In this document: piece by piece, positions 61,237-64,000 of the stretch
Layout of the letters: every line of letters begins with the position of its first letter
How positions within the stretch are numbered: position 1 is the stretch's first letter
NCBI GenBank assembly: GCA_044225365.1
Contig: JBGAIQ010000010.1
Coordinates: 64,001-128,000, forward strand
DNA length: 64,000 nt
Direction: 5' to 3'
Source of the DNA: Planctomycetota bacterium
Lineage (GTDB): Bacteria; Planctomycetota; B15-G4; JADJEK01
Made by a program: the position numbers and the translations under genes
Notes under the pieces: generated by a model
What the model saw: the letters and a program-made list of their open reading frames with translations, nothing else
The model's database searches: none
Told to the model about the DNA's origin: nothing

Positions 61237-64000
61237 TCAGCCGCGTCGCAACGCGACGAAAGCCGCTGCGAGCAAGGCGATCACGGGGAACGCCATCAGC
61301 ACGATGCCGAGGCGGTCGACCCCTTCGTCCTCGCCCGCGGACGACGGGCGACCGGCCTCCGGCGATTTCGCACCGACCCCACCGCCCGGGAGACCTTGCA
61401 CCTGGGTTTTCAGGAAGGCTACGACGTCGCGCATCTCTCGCAGACTCAGCTTGTCCTTCATCGTCGGCATCGCGCTCACGAGTCCGAAGCCCTTCACGAT
61501 GTTGGCCTGCGGATCGAGCATCGACTGCAGCAGGTACCGCTCGTTCTGTCGCGCGCCGACGCCCGTGAGGTTCGGGCCCACGGTCCCACCGGTCCCATTC
61601 AGCGTGTGACAGCGCAGACACTCGGCGACGCGGTTGTAGAGGAACACGCGCTCGCCCCGCGCGGGGTCGCCGCCGACGAGCGCCACGCCATTCTCCGCGA
61701 GGGGGTCTCCGGAGAGGCGGATATTCTTCCACGTGTCGAGCTCGCCCTGGATCTCCGCGACGAAATCCGGCTCGCGCAGCAACTTCGCCGCTTCGAGCGT
61801 CTCGAGCGCCAGGCCCGCGGGCAACTCCCCCGCCGTGAGATCGCGCACGAGCGGTCGCAGCATGCGCGCTGCGCGCTTCTCGAGATCGGCGCCGAGTCCG
61901 AGCTCGAATCGAATCGAACTCTCCGGCGCCTTCTCGATCACGGTCCGCCACAACTCGCGGCGATTGGCATCGAGCGCTTTCACCACCGCCCCGTTCAATC
62001 GCTTCTGATGCCCGTTGTCCGTGCGGTTCCACAGCACGATCGCATCGATCCGGTATTCGGCGCCGAGATCGACCTCGAGCCAAGGGTCGTTCTCGATCGA
62101 GGTGTGGGAGACCGAGGGCTTTGCGCTGTGGTCGCCCGCGGTCGAACCATCGAATGCGAGTTCGACCGGGCCGTCGTAGTCGGTCGTCGATTGCGTCGCC
62201 TTCGCGCCCTTGCCGCGCGCCACGTTCTCCGCCCCCGCGAAGACCTCGAGTTCAGCGAGCGAGAGGATCCGTCCCGTACCCGGAAGATCAACGCGGACGT
62301 AGCGCGCGATCGGGCGGAAGTAGCGCGGGAGGAGGTCGATCGCGCTTTGCTGCTCCTGCAGCGTTCCGAAGCGCAGACTCGCCGCGATCTCGGGAAGCGC
62401 CGCCTCGGGATCGAGGCGCGCGAGTTGGTTGCGCGCTGCCGTGCGGAGCATCGCCTCGTTCGAACGCAACGCGAGTTCGATCGCCTGACGGGCCTCTTCG
62501 GCCGAGCGACGGGCCACGATGCGCAGCGAGTCGAGCCGCAGGTTCACGTTCTCGTCGACGTTGGCGATCACGGCGAGGTGCTCGCTCGTCGGCTTCGCGG
62601 GCAGCAGTCGATTGTTCAGGCTCGAGATCCGCTCGCGGAGAGCGTCGGATTCGCTCTGGATTCGGGTGAGGACACCCTCGCGCTGGGCCTTCTGATAGGC
62701 GCGGGCGGCGATTCCCGCGTCCCGCGCCGGGCACGGCCAAACGTCGTAGTAGACGGGATCCTTCGGTGCCGGCTGATCCCACTGCTCGAGACACTCGAGC
62801 GCGAAGATCCGCTTGTCCTCGGGATACCCGGGGATCGCGGCGAAGCGCAACAAACGATCCGCGGCCTCCTCGGTCCCCTGGCGGAGGTTGACGGCGATCG
62901 AGCGGCGCAAGATCGCTTCACTGTTGTCGCGGTTGAAGGGAAAGCGCGGAGGATCGATCGCGATCTGCTTGCCGAGCGCGGGAAACGCCGCCTCGACCCG
63001 CTCGTCGTAGATCGCACGTGCCGCTTCGCTCGCGACCTGGAACTCGGCGTCGTCGAGGAAGCGCGCGAGTTCCGGTGAGCGCAGGCGACGCAACGCAAGC
63101 ACGGCCGCGAGCCGCACCGACCGATCGGCGTGCGTGCTGAGCGCCGCGAGGCGCGCCGCATCCCCACAACCCACGAATCCCAGGACTCCGCCATGCCGGA
63201 GCACCGCGTCGTGATCGGCGTTCGCCTTCAGCATTTCGACGAGCGGCAGGAACGCCGATGCGGCGCCGATCTTCGACAGAGCGATCGCGGACTGCAGACG
63301 TACTCGCGCCGATGCGTCCGTGAGGTGGGCGATCAGCGGCGCCGCAGCGCCCGCGACTTTGCGGTCACCGAGTTCGATCGCGGCGGCCTCGCGGTGATGG
63401 GGATCGGCGGCCGAGAGTACGGCGACGAGCGCCTCGGCCGCAGCGGAGTCGAACGCCTGCTTCCTCTCGCGGAACGACTGGGCGAGTCCATGGATCGCGT
63501 GGATGCGTGCGAAGTGCGGAGCGGCGGAGTCCTTCACGACCGCTAGAAGGGCCGCGCGACCCTCGTCGCCGCGATCGACGAGCGCATACTGCGCGTACTG
63601 CCGCGCGCGCCAGTCGAAGTGGTCGAGCAGCTTCACGAGTTCTTCGGTCTTGCGCTGCGAGAACCCGTCGGCGAACAACTGCTTCACTTCCGCGACGCGC
63701 GGGTCCTTCTGGCCGGCTTCGTCGTAGACGACCTCGATCGACGAATCCTTGTTGAGATCCCAGCCGCTTCCCCAGTTGGTGCAGTACAGCCGGCTGTCGT
63801 AGCCGAAGATCGCGTCGGACGGGCCGACCACCCGATCCTGCTCGAGGAAGATGTGGAAGTCCCTCACGCGGCTGCCGGCGCCGTCGTCCTCGAACTGAAA
63901 ACTCTGCAGCAGGCCGCCGCCACCCGCACAGTGCGCGAGGATGAAGTGATCGCGATAGCGCTCGGGCAATCCCGCTCCGGGGCAGTAGCAAGCGCCGGCC
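61237..64000 (-). CDS. PVC-type heme-binding membrane dehydrogenase-like protein (propeller + HEAT + F-type lectin + cytochrome c), 5' end outside the window
   Basis: Frame stays open to the window end; beta-propeller remnants (GPSDAIFGYDSRLYCTNWG), HEAT repeats, GDPARGERVF, CLRCH, VGPNLTGVG, SAMP, C-terminal TM. Confidence 0.88.
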   Translation of the reverse strand, partial: AGACYCPGAGLPERYRDHFILAHCAGGGGLLQSFQFEDDGAGSRVRDFHIFLEQDRVVGPSDAIFGYDSRLYCTNWGSGWDLNKDSSIEVVYDEAGQKDPRVAEVKQLFADGFSQRKTEELVKLLDHFDWRARQYAQYALVDRGDEGRAALLAVVKDSAAPHFARIHAIHGLAQSFRERKQAFDSAAAEALVAVLSAADPHHREAAAIELGDRKVAGAAAPLIAHLTDASARVRLQSAIALSKIGAASAFLPLVEMLKANADHDAVLRHGGVLGFVGCGDAARLAALSTHADRSVRLAAVLALRRLRSPELARFLDDAEFQVASEAARAIYDERVEAAFPALGKQIAIDPPRFPFNRDNSEAILRRSIAVNLRQGTEEAADRLLRFAAIPGYPEDKRIFALECLEQWDQPAPKDPVYYDVWPCPARDAGIAARAYQKAQREGVLTRIQSESDALRERISSLNNRLLPAKPTSEHLAVIANVDENVNLRLDSLRIVARRSAEEARQAIELALRSNEAMLRTAARNQLARLDPEAALPEIAASLRFGTLQEQQSAIDLLPRYFRPIARYVRVDLPGTGRILSLAELEVFAGAENVARGKGAKATQSTTDYDGPVELAFDGSTAGDHSAKPSVSHTSIENDPWLEVDLGAEYRIDAIVLWNRTDNGHQKRLNGAVVKALDANRRELWRTVIEKAPESSIRFELGLGADLEKRAARMLRPLVRDLTAGELPAGLALETLEAAKLLREPDFVAEIQGELDTWKNIRLSGDPLAENGVALVGGDPARGERVFLYNRVAECLRCHTLNGTGGTVGPNLTGVGARQNERYLLQSMLDPQANIVKGFGLVSAMPTMKDKLSLREMRDVVAFLKTQVQGLPGGGVGAKSPEAGRPSSAGEDEGVDRLGIVLMAFPVIALLAAAFVALRRG

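Noticed and set aside
53983-63078. Long + strand ORFs (975, 474, 885 and 641 aa)
   Set aside because: Antisense shadows of well-supported - strand genes.

Overview
High-GC bacterial DNA, most likely Planctomycetota (DUF1501, PSD1/planctomycete cytochrome c and PVC-type heme-binding genes). About 45 real CDSs are present; most long + strand ORFs in the track are antisense shadows. (1) 1-17.1 kb: an atypical type IV filament/T2SS-like cluster (double-FHA membrane protein, fused PilM-PilN, PilO-like, large TPR protein, GspG-like pilin, GspH-like pilin carrying a LamG domain, and a giant >1500-aa GspK/PilX-like pilin that runs off the window and is missing from the ORF track), next to a divergent FHA-GAF-AAA+ activator lacking GAFTGA. 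(2) 17.1-18.4 kb: a non-coding tandem array of ~350-380 bp highly structured units, each starting at a REP hairpin. (3) 18.4-48.2 kb: housekeeping and accessory genes (ygfZ-like, methylmalonyl-CoA mutase large subunit, rluD, valS, AraC + hydrolase, GtaA-like, rfbC, TauE, S9 peptidase, DUF1501/PSD1, serine hydrolase, NlpC/P60, mgtE, transglutaminase, thyA-folA) with REP/BIME clusters. (4) 48.3-60.9 kb: an 8-gene ExbB-ExbD-ExbD/TPR operon led by a TonB-like SxxxH-anchored prenyltransferase-fold protein and ending in a Zn-ribbon membrane protein, loosely resembling the myxobacterial Agl-Glt motor, with an FGE-fold gene upstream. (5) 61.2-64 kb: the 3' part of a PVC-type heme-binding protein with an inserted, circularly permuted F-type lectin domain. 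No rRNA, tRNA, CRISPR or transposase was recognised. All assignments come from motif reading by eye; no database searches were run.
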